The notes beneath the pieces are model-generated. The model ran no database searches. It had not been told where the DNA came from and worked only from the letters and a program-made list of their open reading frames with translations. Source: Bacilli bacterium (GTDB taxonomy: Bacteria; Bacillota_I; Bacilli_A; ML615J-28; CAG-698). Taken from it: a stretch of 64,000 nucleotides of DNA. Position 1 is the first letter of the stretch, and each line of letters begins with the position of its first letter. The stretch lies in assembly GCA_028691515.1 (NCBI GenBank), contig JAQUZE010000003.1, positions 64,399 to 128,398 on the forward strand, given 5' to 3'. A program made the translations under genes and the position numbers. Of the stretch, positions 41,566-51,488 are shown piece by piece.

Positions 41566-41576
41566 TCCCTTATAGT

Positions 41577-41606
41577 TAAAAACAACTCGAAAGAGTTGTT
41601 TTTTAA
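41577..41606 (-). terminator. Rho-independent terminator downstream of LemA
   Basis: aaaaacaactcgaaagagttgtttttt. Confidence 0.55.
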
Positions 41607-41692
41607 TAAATAGACCTGCCTTTTTTCATCTCAAAAACATAATCTATCAAAACTCTTAGAATACTAAGATAATCTTTAATAAATATTAATAA

Positions 41693-42358
41693 TTAAAAGA
41701 ATTTTGCTCTTGCTTGTTCTTTTGTCTCTCTAGATGCAGTAAAAGGAATTCTTGTTGTTACGCCAGCTCTTGCTGCAACAATCATTTTAGTTGGCCATCT
41801 AAAAATATCTGTGTTCCATTTTAATACTGTATCATTATATACTTCTCTAGCAGCAGTAATTTCTCTTTGTAAATAAGAATTTTGTTGCATAGCATCTGCA
41901 AGTGTTTCATGAGCCTTTAAATCCGGATAAGCTTCAAAAGCTACATTAATACTACGCATTGCTTGATCAATTTCATTTGCAACTTGATTACGATTAGTAT
42001 CATCAGGATGAACTCCTCCACGATAAGCCGCAACAGTTTTCATTACATCTTTGTCTAAATCGATGCTTTTTTCAACAATACCTACAGCATTTTGTAAAAT
42101 TTGAACTCTTTGTTCAAGATAATTATCGATTTGTGATGCATTATGTTGAACACGTTGTTCTAATTGTCTCAAATAATTTCTCGCGCTAATCTTCATAAAT
42201 AAGAAAATAACACCAGGAATGATTCCTAAAACCCATAACATTACCTCAAATAAAGTTGATCCCCAACCTATTTTTACAGGTAATTGTTTTTCAATAACAT
42301 TAATGTCGCGTCCTTCTTTATTTACTGGACCCTTTAATTCATCTAATTCGTTTCCCAT
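41693..42358 (-). CDS. LemA family protein
   Basis: N-terminal TM segment. LemA motifs (YLRQLEQRVQHNASQID...EAYPDLKAHETL...AREVYNDTVLKWNTDIFRWP). Codon and GC usage noticeably richer than neighbouring genes. Confidence 0.75.
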   Translation of the reverse strand: MGNELDELKGPVNKEGRDINVIEKQLPVKIGWGSTLFEVMLWVLGIIPGVIFLFMKISARNYLRQLEQRVQHNASQIDNYLEQRVQILQNAVGIVEKSIDLDKDVMKTVAAYRGGVHPDDTNRNQVANEIDQAMRSINVAFEAYPDLKAHETLADAMQQNSYLQREITAAREVYNDTVLKWNTDIFRWPTKMIVAARAGVTTRIPFTASRETKEQARAKFF

Positions 42359-42386
42359 TTTTTTCTCCTTTTCTATTTATATTATA

Positions 42387-44216
42387 TTATTTCTTTTGTT
42401 TTTTTGCAAGATAAACAATAAATGGTCCTATTTTAACCATATCATCTTTAGTAATCTGTCTATCTTTAAATTCTTCAAAGATGGCTCTGATTTTATCATT
42501 ATAAGATTCTGCTTTTTTATCTTCAACAACATTTATATCAATATCTGTATCCTGTGAAACAGGAATGTACTCAACCCAATGAACGGGAATTGTATGTAAT
42601 TTCCCATCATTACCCATTTTATTAATATAATCAATTCTATTAATCATATCATAACCATATGCAGTTACTTTGACTGTGTCACAATAATCACCGCTTTTAA
42701 CAGTTGATGTTTTTAAAATATTTCTTGTTTTTGAAAGAGGATGTTTAAACTCTCTTTCATTCATCAAGTTAGCTAATTGTTCATGTTCATAAAATGAAAC
42801 ATAACTATTATATTTATCTTTATAAATATACTCATGTGGTTTTTGATGTTGATAAAGTGGAATTGATAAAATCGGCGCAAACCCAAAATAAATATATTTA
42901 AAAAAATTATTATTATAATCCAAAAACTTCTTTTCTGTTTCATCAATATTATAATCTCTAAAATATTCAGGATTAATATTTAAATCTATATTTTTAAGGT
43001 GTTCTGGTAATACAATATTAATCATATTATGTTTTTTAAAATCAAAATTATCTCCAAAACCAATTACTTTATCTTTCATCAACTGTAAAAGTTGTTTCTG
43101 AGCTAATGCAGTAAATAACAATCTAAATTGAACTTCATTGTTTCTATTACTGCCCCCAAATAAAACTTCAAATTCAGTATTACCCATTAATGTATAATTA
43201 TCACCAAATTTTAACCCTTTTTCTGCCTTTTTTTGTAATTTTTTTGTTGTCTTTTTAACATGACGTTCTATTTGTTTTTCTTCCATATGTTCTGCATCTG
43301 AATCTTCTCTAGAAAATATCAAATCTGGAGCTGCTTCATTAGCATAAACAATATATGGAGATTCATAATAATAAGGACATGGTTTAGTTACTTCAGCAGT
43401 TAATGTTTGCGTATGATGCCTTGTAGTTAATTGGCCCTTTGAATTTGTACCCACAGTTGTCCAATGAATAGTAATAGAACCAGTATATGTTTTAGTCCCT
43501 AATTGATGCACTAAATCCCTAGCAATATAAAAAGGATTACCATTAATATCTCCAGATTGAACATACAAAGCTGATCTATTTAAATCTGGTGTATCATCTA
43601 ATTTAAATTTATTTACCATATAATCTAATCTTTTACTATCAAACATTCTATCAAGCTTAATCAAAGGGATAGTCTTTTTAAAAATAGAAGTACTCATTCC
43701 ATATGTAAACAATTTATTTAATGGCTCCATCTGGCTCCACGCTAAATCTAAGGTTTCTTTATATTCTTGATCTAGTTTTCCTTTTTCATCGCTAAGTCTA
43801 AGTAACTTCGGATTTAACTTTTTTAAAATAATAAATAAGAAAACGGGAAATGAAATAGCACTAATTCCTATTAATATAGCCTGAATATAATGAAATCCTT
43901 TGCTTACCCATAAATAAATTGATACTCCAAACAAAATTACAAAGATTACCATTAAAAATATCAAAAAACCTTTTAAAAATTTATTATTATTAATCTTTTT
44001 CTGAACTGAATTTCTTCTTTTATCCAAAGACACTAATTCTTTATTTGCAAGTCTGTTTGCTTCTTTATCTAATTTTGACTTTTTAACCAATTCTTCAAAA
44101 AAATCAACAACATTTTTGTGATGTTCTTTTTTAAAAATTTTATCATATGCAATCAGTGGCTCATAAATAAACTCACCATCATATAAATTTTCAGGCATAA
44201 TATCCCTCTTTTCCAA
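42387..44216 (-). CDS. Large membrane-anchored hypothetical protein (2 TM near the N-terminus). Possible LemA-associated partner.
   Basis: 609 aa, no confidently recognised domain. Immediately upstream of LemA in the same orientation. Confidence 0.45.
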   Translation of the reverse strand: MEKRDIMPENLYDGEFIYEPLIAYDKIFKKEHHKNVVDFFEELVKKSKLDKEANRLANKELVSLDKRRNSVQKKINNNKFLKGFLIFLMVIFVILFGVSIYLWVSKGFHYIQAILIGISAISFPVFLFIILKKLNPKLLRLSDEKGKLDQEYKETLDLAWSQMEPLNKLFTYGMSTSIFKKTIPLIKLDRMFDSKRLDYMVNKFKLDDTPDLNRSALYVQSGDINGNPFYIARDLVHQLGTKTYTGSITIHWTTVGTNSKGQLTTRHHTQTLTAEVTKPCPYYYESPYIVYANEAAPDLIFSREDSDAEHMEEKQIERHVKKTTKKLQKKAEKGLKFGDNYTLMGNTEFEVLFGGSNRNNEVQFRLLFTALAQKQLLQLMKDKVIGFGDNFDFKKHNMINIVLPEHLKNIDLNINPEYFRDYNIDETEKKFLDYNNNFFKYIYFGFAPILSIPLYQHQKPHEYIYKDKYNSYVSFYEHEQLANLMNEREFKHPLSKTRNILKTSTVKSGDYCDTVKVTAYGYDMINRIDYINKMGNDGKLHTIPVHWVEYIPVSQDTDIDINVVEDKKAESYNDKIRAIFEEFKDRQITKDDMVKIGPFIVYLAKKQKK

Positions 44217-44313
44217 AATAGTAAAATATAAACATTAATAAGAAACATTCTATAATCATTTATATTATACACAATTTTTACTAATAATTATAGTTAATTT
44301 AATAAATTAAAAT

Positions 44314-45013
44314 TTATTTTTTAAATATTATTTGATTTTTACCATTTTGCTTTGCTTTATATAACATACTATCTGCTAAATGAACAAATTCTGTAATTGA
44401 TTCCTTATTAAATTGACTAACTCCACCACTAATTGTAATTTTTAATCCATCAACAAAATTATTTGCTTCAATTGCTTTTCTAATTCGCTCAGATATTTTA
44501 TAAGCAACAGATAATTTAGTATTAGGAAAAATTATCATAAATTCATCGCCACCATATCGACCAACATAATCAGTTTCTCTAATATTTTTTTTCATCAGTA
44601 AAGCAACATCAACAAGAACTTGATCTCCATATATATGACCTTTAAGATCATTTACTTTTATTAAGTGTAAGAATAATCCTAGAAGATAAATTGTAATACC
44701 CAACAAACTTATTATTTATCCATAATTTACATTGTCTATTAAAATTATCAAATGATAATATATATTCGTCTTTATTTTTTACATTTATTTCAAACCAATA
44801 ATAATTAATACATAATTTCCCTGCTGGATTGCGATTAACTATAGCAATATGTTTGTTATAGTCATATTGATAGTTAAAATTTAAATTGAAATCTTTGATT
44901 GGTTTATCAAACATTACAATGTAATCATTTTTATCTATGTAAAGCGGTTCTTTTTTACAAGCTTTTGTTATATATAAGTTTTTTTTCAATATATAATTCA
45001 TATTCTTATTCAC
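44314..45013 (-). pseudogene. GGDEF-domain diguanylate cyclase with a novel ~100-aa N-terminal domain, split by a frameshift into two overlapping ORFs (44648..45013 and 44314..44706)
   Basis: Downstream ORF begins mid-domain (…HLIKVNDLKGHIYGDQVL…RYGGDEFMIIF). Upstream ORF ends in the region expected to carry the TGLxNRR-like motif. The two ORFs overlap by 59 nt in different frames. Confidence 0.55.
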
Positions 45014-45207
45014 CTAAAAACTTTATTTGTATTCTCAACAATACATTTTAAAAAATCGGTCATCTTCTCATAAAGGAAAACCTTAGTTTTTAAAACGACA
45101 TTCAGAGAGATTTAACCGATTACCACACATTATTTTTCAACTACATTAAAATTAATTTGTTTGTATTATGGATTTTTTTCTTCACAAACAAATTATTATA
45201 TTATGTT

Positions 45208-45852
45208 TTACCCACCAGTTTCTTTCTTTTTTTGATTTTGAAGAGCAATCTTTTCTTGTCGATTCATTTCATTCTTATATTTTTTTTCAATATTAAGTGC
45301 TATTCCTAGTGTTATAAAAGCAAACAGTATGATAGTCACTATACTTAAACCTGTTTTTGAATAATCATTTAAATAAAAAATCATTATATAAAAAGGAAAT
45401 AATGTTATATAACAAATTATAGATCCTACATTATTAACTTTTTTCCAGACTTCATCATATTCTAAAGCTAATGGTGTCTTTACCCCGAAAAACGAATTTT
45501 TCTTCATAATTGGCATGGTAATGGCATGGAAGATTTCGAGTAATAGAAATATTGCAGGAAAAATACTTTTCATCGATGTATTACTATTTAAAAAAATAGG
45601 ATTAATCAAATAATATACCATACCATTAACAATAGATAAAACATATAATATAAATAAGATGCGAGATCTGAAACTTGTGAACAAAAGAATACATAAGTAC
45701 ACGATACTCAAGATAACACTTATTAAACCGAGAATATTAAAATAAATTATTTGTAATATGCCGGTTATTATTATATTTGATGTTAATATGTAGTCATGAT
45801 TTTTAAGCTTCATTAATAAATAGCCTCTCTTTCTTACATTATTAATAACCAA
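45208..45852 (-). CDS. SdpI/YhfL-family polytopic membrane protein (immunity/signal-transduction-like)
   Basis: 6 predicted TM segments. Motif FGVKTPLALEYDEVWKKVNNVG resembles the SdpI family GxRTPwTL...W signature. Confidence 0.5.
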   Translation of the reverse strand: MVINNVRKRGYLLMKLKNHDYILTSNIIITGILQIIYFNILGLISVILSIVYLCILLFTSFRSRILFILYVLSIVNGMVYYLINPIFLNSNTSMKSIFPAIFLLLEIFHAITMPIMKKNSFFGVKTPLALEYDEVWKKVNNVGSIICYITLFPFYIMIFYLNDYSKTGLSIVTIILFAFITLGIALNIEKKYKNEMNRQEKIALQNQKKKETGG

Positions 45853-45918
45853 TACTATATATTGATTTTACTTTATTGATACTAAAACTCTCTAAAAGTA
45901 TATTTCCTGCTTAATATA

Positions 45919-47256
45919 TTATATTAGTTTTTTAAATCTTTGACTGTTTGCTTTCATTTTATCATATAATTCTAAATACTTGATTTGAATTGTATCGAAT
46001 CTTTCCTTAATTTTAATCAAATAATTTTCATCATCTTTGAAAATATAACGAGCATATAATAATTTACACAGCTCAATATTTTGTAGAATACAATTAATTA
46101 TTTCTATCAAATCAGATAATTTTAAAAATTCTACTTGCCTTTTTTGTATTAAACAAAAATCATACAAAAATAGAAAAATATCTATACAGTCATAATTTCT
46201 TCTTTCAATTTTAATTTTTTTGCAGATTTCAATAATATTTTTTGATAAATAATTAATAGCCCCTATATTCTTTAATTCATTATTTTGATCAAAAAATTCT
46301 AAAAAGTTAGAATACACGTTTTCTTTTTTTATTTTATTATTAAATGGAATTTTAGTAATATATGAAAATGGAAGACCCCAACTAGAAAATTTTATTTCGG
46401 TTTCTCTTTTTTTAGGTTCTTTTACTATTTTAATTTTTACATTTTTAATAGCTCTTCCTACTGATTCATTGCTTATGTTTTTTATTTCTCGTTGAGACGA
46501 AACCCGCGGACCTGCTTCAGTTAATCCATAGCATAAAAATATATTCACATTGTTCCATATTTTTCTATAATAATTTATAGGTTTAATTATTTTTGAACCA
46601 CTAACATAAACTTTTTTTAAGAATTCCATTTTTATGTCCATTAATAAAATTGATTCAGTAAATTGATCAAACACAATTGGATTTAATCCAATAATGGTCG
46701 CTTTTGAATTAATTAATTGGTTTATATACAACCTAGGAGAATAGGACGATTTTAAAATGATAATTTTCATTTTAGATTTTAATCCAACTAATAATTCTCC
46801 AACAACAGTGGAAGAATGGCAACAAGACTTTATAATAGCAATTTTATCGTCTTTTGTAGGCCTCATATAATCAATAATAAAATCGGCATTTTTATTTATA
46901 GCCTTGTGAGATAATACTATTGCTTTTCTCTTTGCACTAGTTCCTGACGAAAACAAAATAAGCCCTTCTTTTTTTGAATAAGACTCTTCAAAATTGTTTT
47001 GTATACTGTCCGGAAGTAAAGTTTCTTCACTTTCGTCGTATATTATACATTCCCATTTTTTAAAATATGAAGAGAAACTATCAAATATATTTCTTGAAAC
47101 TACTACTTTTCTTACAGAAACATAAACTAATTGTTCTACTATTTCTGTAATAGGTAATCTGCTATCTATTAGAACAGCACAATTACCTTCATTCCAAATA
47201 TCTATTAAATTTTGAACATATTCAACTGAGTTCTTTCCTATTAAGCCAATTCTCAC
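45919..47256 (-). CDS. Atypical adenylate-forming (ANL/AMP-binding superfamily) enzyme with a non-canonical C-terminal region. GTG start with RBS.
   Basis: Degenerate A3 motif LFSSGTSAKRKAIVLSHKAI and A5 motif CYGLTEAGP. The C-terminal 150 aa are not alignable by eye to the canonical A8-A10 subdomain. Start codon is GTG (plus-strand cac at 47254-47256) preceded by taaggatc. Confidence 0.55.
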   Translation of the reverse strand: MRIGLIGKNSVEYVQNLIDIWNEGNCAVLIDSRLPITEIVEQLVYVSVRKVVVSRNIFDSFSSYFKKWECIIYDESEETLLPDSIQNNFEESYSKKEGLILFSSGTSAKRKAIVLSHKAINKNADFIIDYMRPTKDDKIAIIKSCCHSSTVVGELLVGLKSKMKIIILKSSYSPRLYINQLINSKATIIGLNPIVFDQFTESILLMDIKMEFLKKVYVSGSKIIKPINYYRKIWNNVNIFLCYGLTEAGPRVSSQREIKNISNESVGRAIKNVKIKIVKEPKKRETEIKFSSWGLPFSYITKIPFNNKIKKENVYSNFLEFFDQNNELKNIGAINYLSKNIIEICKKIKIERRNYDCIDIFLFLYDFCLIQKRQVEFLKLSDLIEIINCILQNIELCKLLYARYIFKDDENYLIKIKERFDTIQIKYLELYDKMKANSQRFKKLI

Positions 47257-47288
47257 GATCCTTACACCTTACAAACGCTTTCACAATC

Positions 47289-47317
47289 ATTTTATTATTT
47301 TTTCCTTTTTTTGTCAA
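47289..47317 (-). promoter_or_regulatory. Sigma-A-like promoter for the adenylate-forming enzyme gene: TTGACA-N17-TAAAAT
   Basis: Minus-strand sequence tttgacaaaaaaaggaaaaaataataaaatgattgtg, ~45 nt upstream of the GTG start. Confidence 0.4.
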
Positions 47318-47847
47318 ACAACTTTTTATAATTAATTTGATAAATGAAATTTAACAAGCTGAAATATTTCTGCATTTTTCTACTAATACCACTTCACTGT
47401 TATTAAATCGAAAAGACTATTAGTTCCTTAAATTAAACTAATAATCTTTTTAATGTTTTTAAGCTAACTAACTTTTCGAAGTAGTAACCTTAAGTAAACA
47501 CTTTTTAATAAGATTTTCCAAATCAGACATAGTTCTAAGTCTAGCGCTTCGTCACAACCGCAACTATCGATACTATACTATAAATATTTAGACTTGAATC
47601 AGATTATCAAATCTAAATAGATTTGATGAACATAAAATATTATTAATTTATACTTCTTACGAATATAAGTTGTATATTTTTATTGACTTCTAACATTCGT
47701 GGGCAACATATATCTTTTTATTTATATTTAACATAATATTAATTGTACCACATCTTGCATTACTAATAAACATTATCATCTTATTAAATGTCCTCTGGCG
47801 GTGGTAAATGGGGGGGATAAGAGCTCCCTAAATACGATGCTAAAATA

Positions 47848-47877
47848 ATAAATAGGACCGACCTTGGCCCTATTTAT
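47848..47877 (-). terminator. Terminator-like hairpin (9-bp stem ATAAATAGG/CCTATTTAT, GC-rich 12-nt loop) downstream of the ABC exporter pair
   Basis: ataaataggaccgaccttggccctatttat, followed by a T-rich tract on the minus strand. Confidence 0.5.
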
Positions 47878-47923
47878 TATATCTGCTTAAATAACAAGTT
47901 ACTTAAAACAACCCATTAACTGT

Positions 47924-49759
47924 TTACGATTTGTAATACTCTCCTTGAGTTGTAAACATTTTATGATATAAACCACCCTTATTATTCATTAAGTCTTTAT
48001 GAGTTCCTTCTTCCACTATACTTGAACCATCAAGTACAAATATTCGATCAGAGAAAATACAACTAGATAATCGATGTGAAATAAAGATTGTGAGCTTTTC
48101 GCCGACGATATCTTTAAAATTATAATAAATTTCAGCTTCGGCCATTGGATCCAAATTACTTGTGGGTTCATCTAAGACAACAAAGTCAGCATCTTTATAC
48201 AAACATCTAGCCAGAGCAAACTTTTGCATTTCTCCACCACTAAATTCAACCCCAGTCCTATCAAACCATTTATTAATATAAGTATTTTCCTTTTTGGGTA
48301 GACTTAATACTTTTTCTAATACTTGAGCCCTTTTCAAACAATCATATAACTTATCTTGATTTTCATCGAGAATAGCAACATTTGATTTAATACTAAATGA
48401 GATAATTTTGAAATCTTGAAAAACAATAGCCATTAATTTCATATAGTCTTCATATTTGTAATTATTTATATTGATGCCATTTACTAAAATCTCACCTTCA
48501 TCGATCGCATAAAAACGACATATTAGTTTAATTATGGTCGTTTTACCTGACCCATTTAAACCAACTAAAGATACTTTTTCTTTGCTATCAATTTTAAAAT
48601 CTAGATTCTTAATAATAAAATTATCAGTTCTTGGGTATTTAAATGATACATTTTTAAATTCCAAAGTTTTAAACTCAGAAATAGGAAGCGTACCATCAGC
48701 GAAGATCGATTGTTTTTCCATAATGTTGATAAACTCTTCTTGATAAGCACAGTCTTGCACATAGGTTCTTGTTGAATAAACTAAATTTACCATAGAACTG
48801 TCAAAAGTATTTATTGATTGATAAAGCATTGTAAAAACAGCAATCGTCATATTTTTATCATAAACAGCATAAGCCAATAAAATTAATGTAATAAGTCTAG
48901 TCACTAAATGTGTTACAAATGTATCCATTCCGTCCCATAACTTTTTCTTTTTTGCGATTCTATTATACTCACTATATGCTTCCTTTATCTCTTTTTCACC
49001 AGCATCACTAATCATTTTTTTTGCTTGATATAAACGCAAATCTTTTTGTAATCTAAAACTGGTAATTCCGTCATTATAATACCAAAGTCTTCGAGAGTGA
49101 CGAACCCAATTATGATTAAAGTTTTTATCTAGTTTCTGAATTTTACTGTAGTTAAAGGCACTTATCATGACACCGACTAAGGAGACCAAAATAACAAGAT
49201 ATTCTTTTGATAATAAAACAATACCAATTACTCCTAAAAGGGTAATCACTGAAGATATAAGATCTTGAAGCGTATAAATAAACGAATAGATACCATTGCT
49301 ATATCTATTCATCCCTTCTTTTGCTCGTTTTATTTGATCTGCAAATTGGGGATCTTCAATATTAAAATAGTCAACCTTCATAATCTTTTTACTAAACATA
49401 TCTTCAATCGCAAAATCAGCTTTTGAAGCATTAATGTAATTTAGACCTTGAATAAAATTTTGAATAGATCGAGTAAGAAAATTTGATAAGGCTAGTGCTA
49501 AAACTAGCATAGCTAAAACTTTAATATCTTTACTTCCCATTAACTCTTCAATTATAAATTTTGGAATCAATATCCATAGTAATCTACCCACCGAACTTAA
49601 CAATGCACTAAGAATTGTATTTACAACAATCCACGGATTAAGGCGAAATAACATTGGAATAAAGAACTCTAAATTTCTCTTAATTATTTTGAGTTTCTTC
49701 ATTAGTTGCCTCCTTATAATAGTTCGATTGCATCGAAAACATCTTTTTATATTCTCCAT
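47924..49759 (-). CDS. ABC exporter, fused permease/ATP-binding protein (heterodimer subunit 2)
   Basis: 611 aa. 6-TM N-domain plus NBD (Walker A GLNGSGKTT, signature FSGGEMQKFALAR, Walker B VVLDEPTS). Confidence 0.85.
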   Translation of the reverse strand: MENIKRCFRCNRTIIRRQLMKKLKIIKRNLEFFIPMLFRLNPWIVVNTILSALLSSVGRLLWILIPKFIIEELMGSKDIKVLAMLVLALALSNFLTRSIQNFIQGLNYINASKADFAIEDMFSKKIMKVDYFNIEDPQFADQIKRAKEGMNRYSNGIYSFIYTLQDLISSVITLLGVIGIVLLSKEYLVILVSLVGVMISAFNYSKIQKLDKNFNHNWVRHSRRLWYYNDGITSFRLQKDLRLYQAKKMISDAGEKEIKEAYSEYNRIAKKKKLWDGMDTFVTHLVTRLITLILLAYAVYDKNMTIAVFTMLYQSINTFDSSMVNLVYSTRTYVQDCAYQEEFINIMEKQSIFADGTLPISEFKTLEFKNVSFKYPRTDNFIIKNLDFKIDSKEKVSLVGLNGSGKTTIIKLICRFYAIDEGEILVNGININNYKYEDYMKLMAIVFQDFKIISFSIKSNVAILDENQDKLYDCLKRAQVLEKVLSLPKKENTYINKWFDRTGVEFSGGEMQKFALARCLYKDADFVVLDEPTSNLDPMAEAEIYYNFKDIVGEKLTIFISHRLSSCIFSDRIFVLDGSSIVEEGTHKDLMNNKGGLYHKMFTTQGEYYKS

Positions 49760-51488
49760 CTCGTTCCATTAATTCATGGTGGGTTCCTGTTTCGATAATC
49801 TTACCCTCATTTATAAAGATAATACGATCACAAAATTTAGTTGATGATAATCTGTGAGAGATAAAAATAGCCGTGTTACCTCTAATAATATCATTAAAAC
49901 TCCGATACATATGAACTTCATTTAAAGCGTCCATGGCGCTAGTAGGTTCATCTAGAACATACAAAGGAGCATTCTTATACATAGCCCTAGCTAGGGCTAC
50001 TAGTTGGGTTTCACCACCAGATAATTCAATGGCTGTTTCGTCCAATTCTCTTGTAATATGGGTTTTAATCTTATTGGGCAATGATTCAACCTTTTTATTA
50101 AGTTCAATTAGTTTTACAATGTCAGCAACCTTTTCATAGTCAACATTCTCAGTTGTAGCCATAGCTATGTTTTCTGCTATCTCGAGCGCATACATGATAT
50201 TTTCTTGAAAAACAAGCGAGATAAGTTTTTGTAAACTTTCCCTCTCTAAAGTTTCAATATCAATACCGTTTATAAGAATCTGCCCCTTTGTTGGATGATA
50301 TAGCCCGCCTAGTAATTTCACAAGTGTCGTTTTACCAGCGCCATTATATCCAACTAAAGCAATCTTTTCACCCTTTTTTATCTTAAATGAAACATCCTCT
50401 AAAGCATATCCCTCTTGCATGTAATAACTATAATAGACATTCTTAAATTCTACTTCGATATGATCGGCTTCTATTGTTTGATTTTCTTGTTCTCTAACAT
50501 ATTCAATACTCATAAAATTACGATAATCTTTTGTTTCCAAACTATTTCTTAAGACATGGGCATTTTGCCTTATAACAATATGCAAAGCATTAGTTAATGT
50601 ATAAACACTTGATACCATAAAAGTAAAAGTAGCAATTTTCATATCGTTATAGATAACTTCATAAATCATAAATCCATATAAAAGCAATGTGTCAAAGAAA
50701 GTTATAAAATTAATTAAAATACTATTAATAATCGTTTTCTTTCTATTCTTAATAGCAATTTTAAGATATTCTCCGGTCGCATCATTTCTTTCTTGGCTAA
50801 TAAACTCATCCATAGCATAAATTCTTAAATCCTTGCCAATTGTTAAAGTAGATGCTATGTTATTTGTATATCCAATCCTCCGCCACATTGGTGGTGTTTT
50901 GTCATAAAATTCATGTTTTTCTCGTTTTTGATTTTTATTTTCGAATAATACCTTGAAAAGTGCAAGAACAAGAATGGCAATAATTAAGAGCCAATTTACA
51001 CTAATAACGATTGCTGATGCAATAATAAACATTAAAAAATGTTCAATAAGCATAAAGCCATTGTTAACTAACCCCATTACCCCATTCCAAGCATTAATTC
51101 TTCTTGTTGCTTTTTCAGCAGCATCTTGGGTTTCTGGTCTTTCTAATAATTCATAATCCATTTCAAGAGTCCGAATACTCTTTTGTTGTTTAAGAATTGT
51201 TGCTATTCTATCACTCTTATACCAAAACGTTTGATCTAGCATTTTTCTGCCAAATGAGATTAGAAATGCAATACCAGAAACGATTAATACATCCCTAATA
51301 AAAATCTCAATTGGTTTATTCTGCTCAATCGCTGATACGGCTACTCTAATTACATATGCATAAGCAAATGAATTTACTGAACTCAATATTGCATACAAAA
51401 TCTTTTGATAGATAAATAACTTATCAATGCTAGCAACCTCTTTAACAGCATAAATGAACTCTTTTACGATATGCGCCTTTTCTTCCAA
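49680..51488 (-). CDS. ABC exporter, fused permease/ATP-binding protein (heterodimer subunit 1). TTG start with strong GGAGG RBS.
   Basis: 602 aa. Walker A GYNGAGKTT, signature LSGGETQLVALARAM, Walker B YVLDEPTSAMD. Confidence 0.85.
   Translation of the reverse strand: MEEKAHIVKEFIYAVKEVASIDKLFIYQKILYAILSSVNSFAYAYVIRVAVSAIEQNKPIEIFIRDVLIVSGIAFLISFGRKMLDQTFWYKSDRIATILKQQKSIRTLEMDYELLERPETQDAAEKATRRINAWNGVMGLVNNGFMLIEHFLMFIIASAIVISVNWLLIIAILVLALFKVLFENKNQKREKHEFYDKTPPMWRRIGYTNNIASTLTIGKDLRIYAMDEFISQERNDATGEYLKIAIKNRKKTIINSILINFITFFDTLLLYGFMIYEVIYNDMKIATFTFMVSSVYTLTNALHIVIRQNAHVLRNSLETKDYRNFMSIEYVREQENQTIEADHIEVEFKNVYYSYYMQEGYALEDVSFKIKKGEKIALVGYNGAGKTTLVKLLGGLYHPTKGQILINGIDIETLERESLQKLISLVFQENIMYALEIAENIAMATTENVDYEKVADIVKLIELNKKVESLPNKIKTHITRELDETAIELSGGETQLVALARAMYKNAPLYVLDEPTSAMDALNEVHMYRSFNDIIRGNTAIFISHRLSSTKFCDRIIFINEGKIIETGTHHELMERDGEYKKMFSMQSNYYKEATNEETQNN

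Noticed and set aside
47788-47842. tRNA or tmRNA fragment suggested by the G7 run and CCACCGCC-like sequence
   Set aside because: No 7-bp acceptor pairing, T-loop (GTTCRANYC) or cloverleaf could be folded. Retained only as unexplained GC-rich sequence in the findings.
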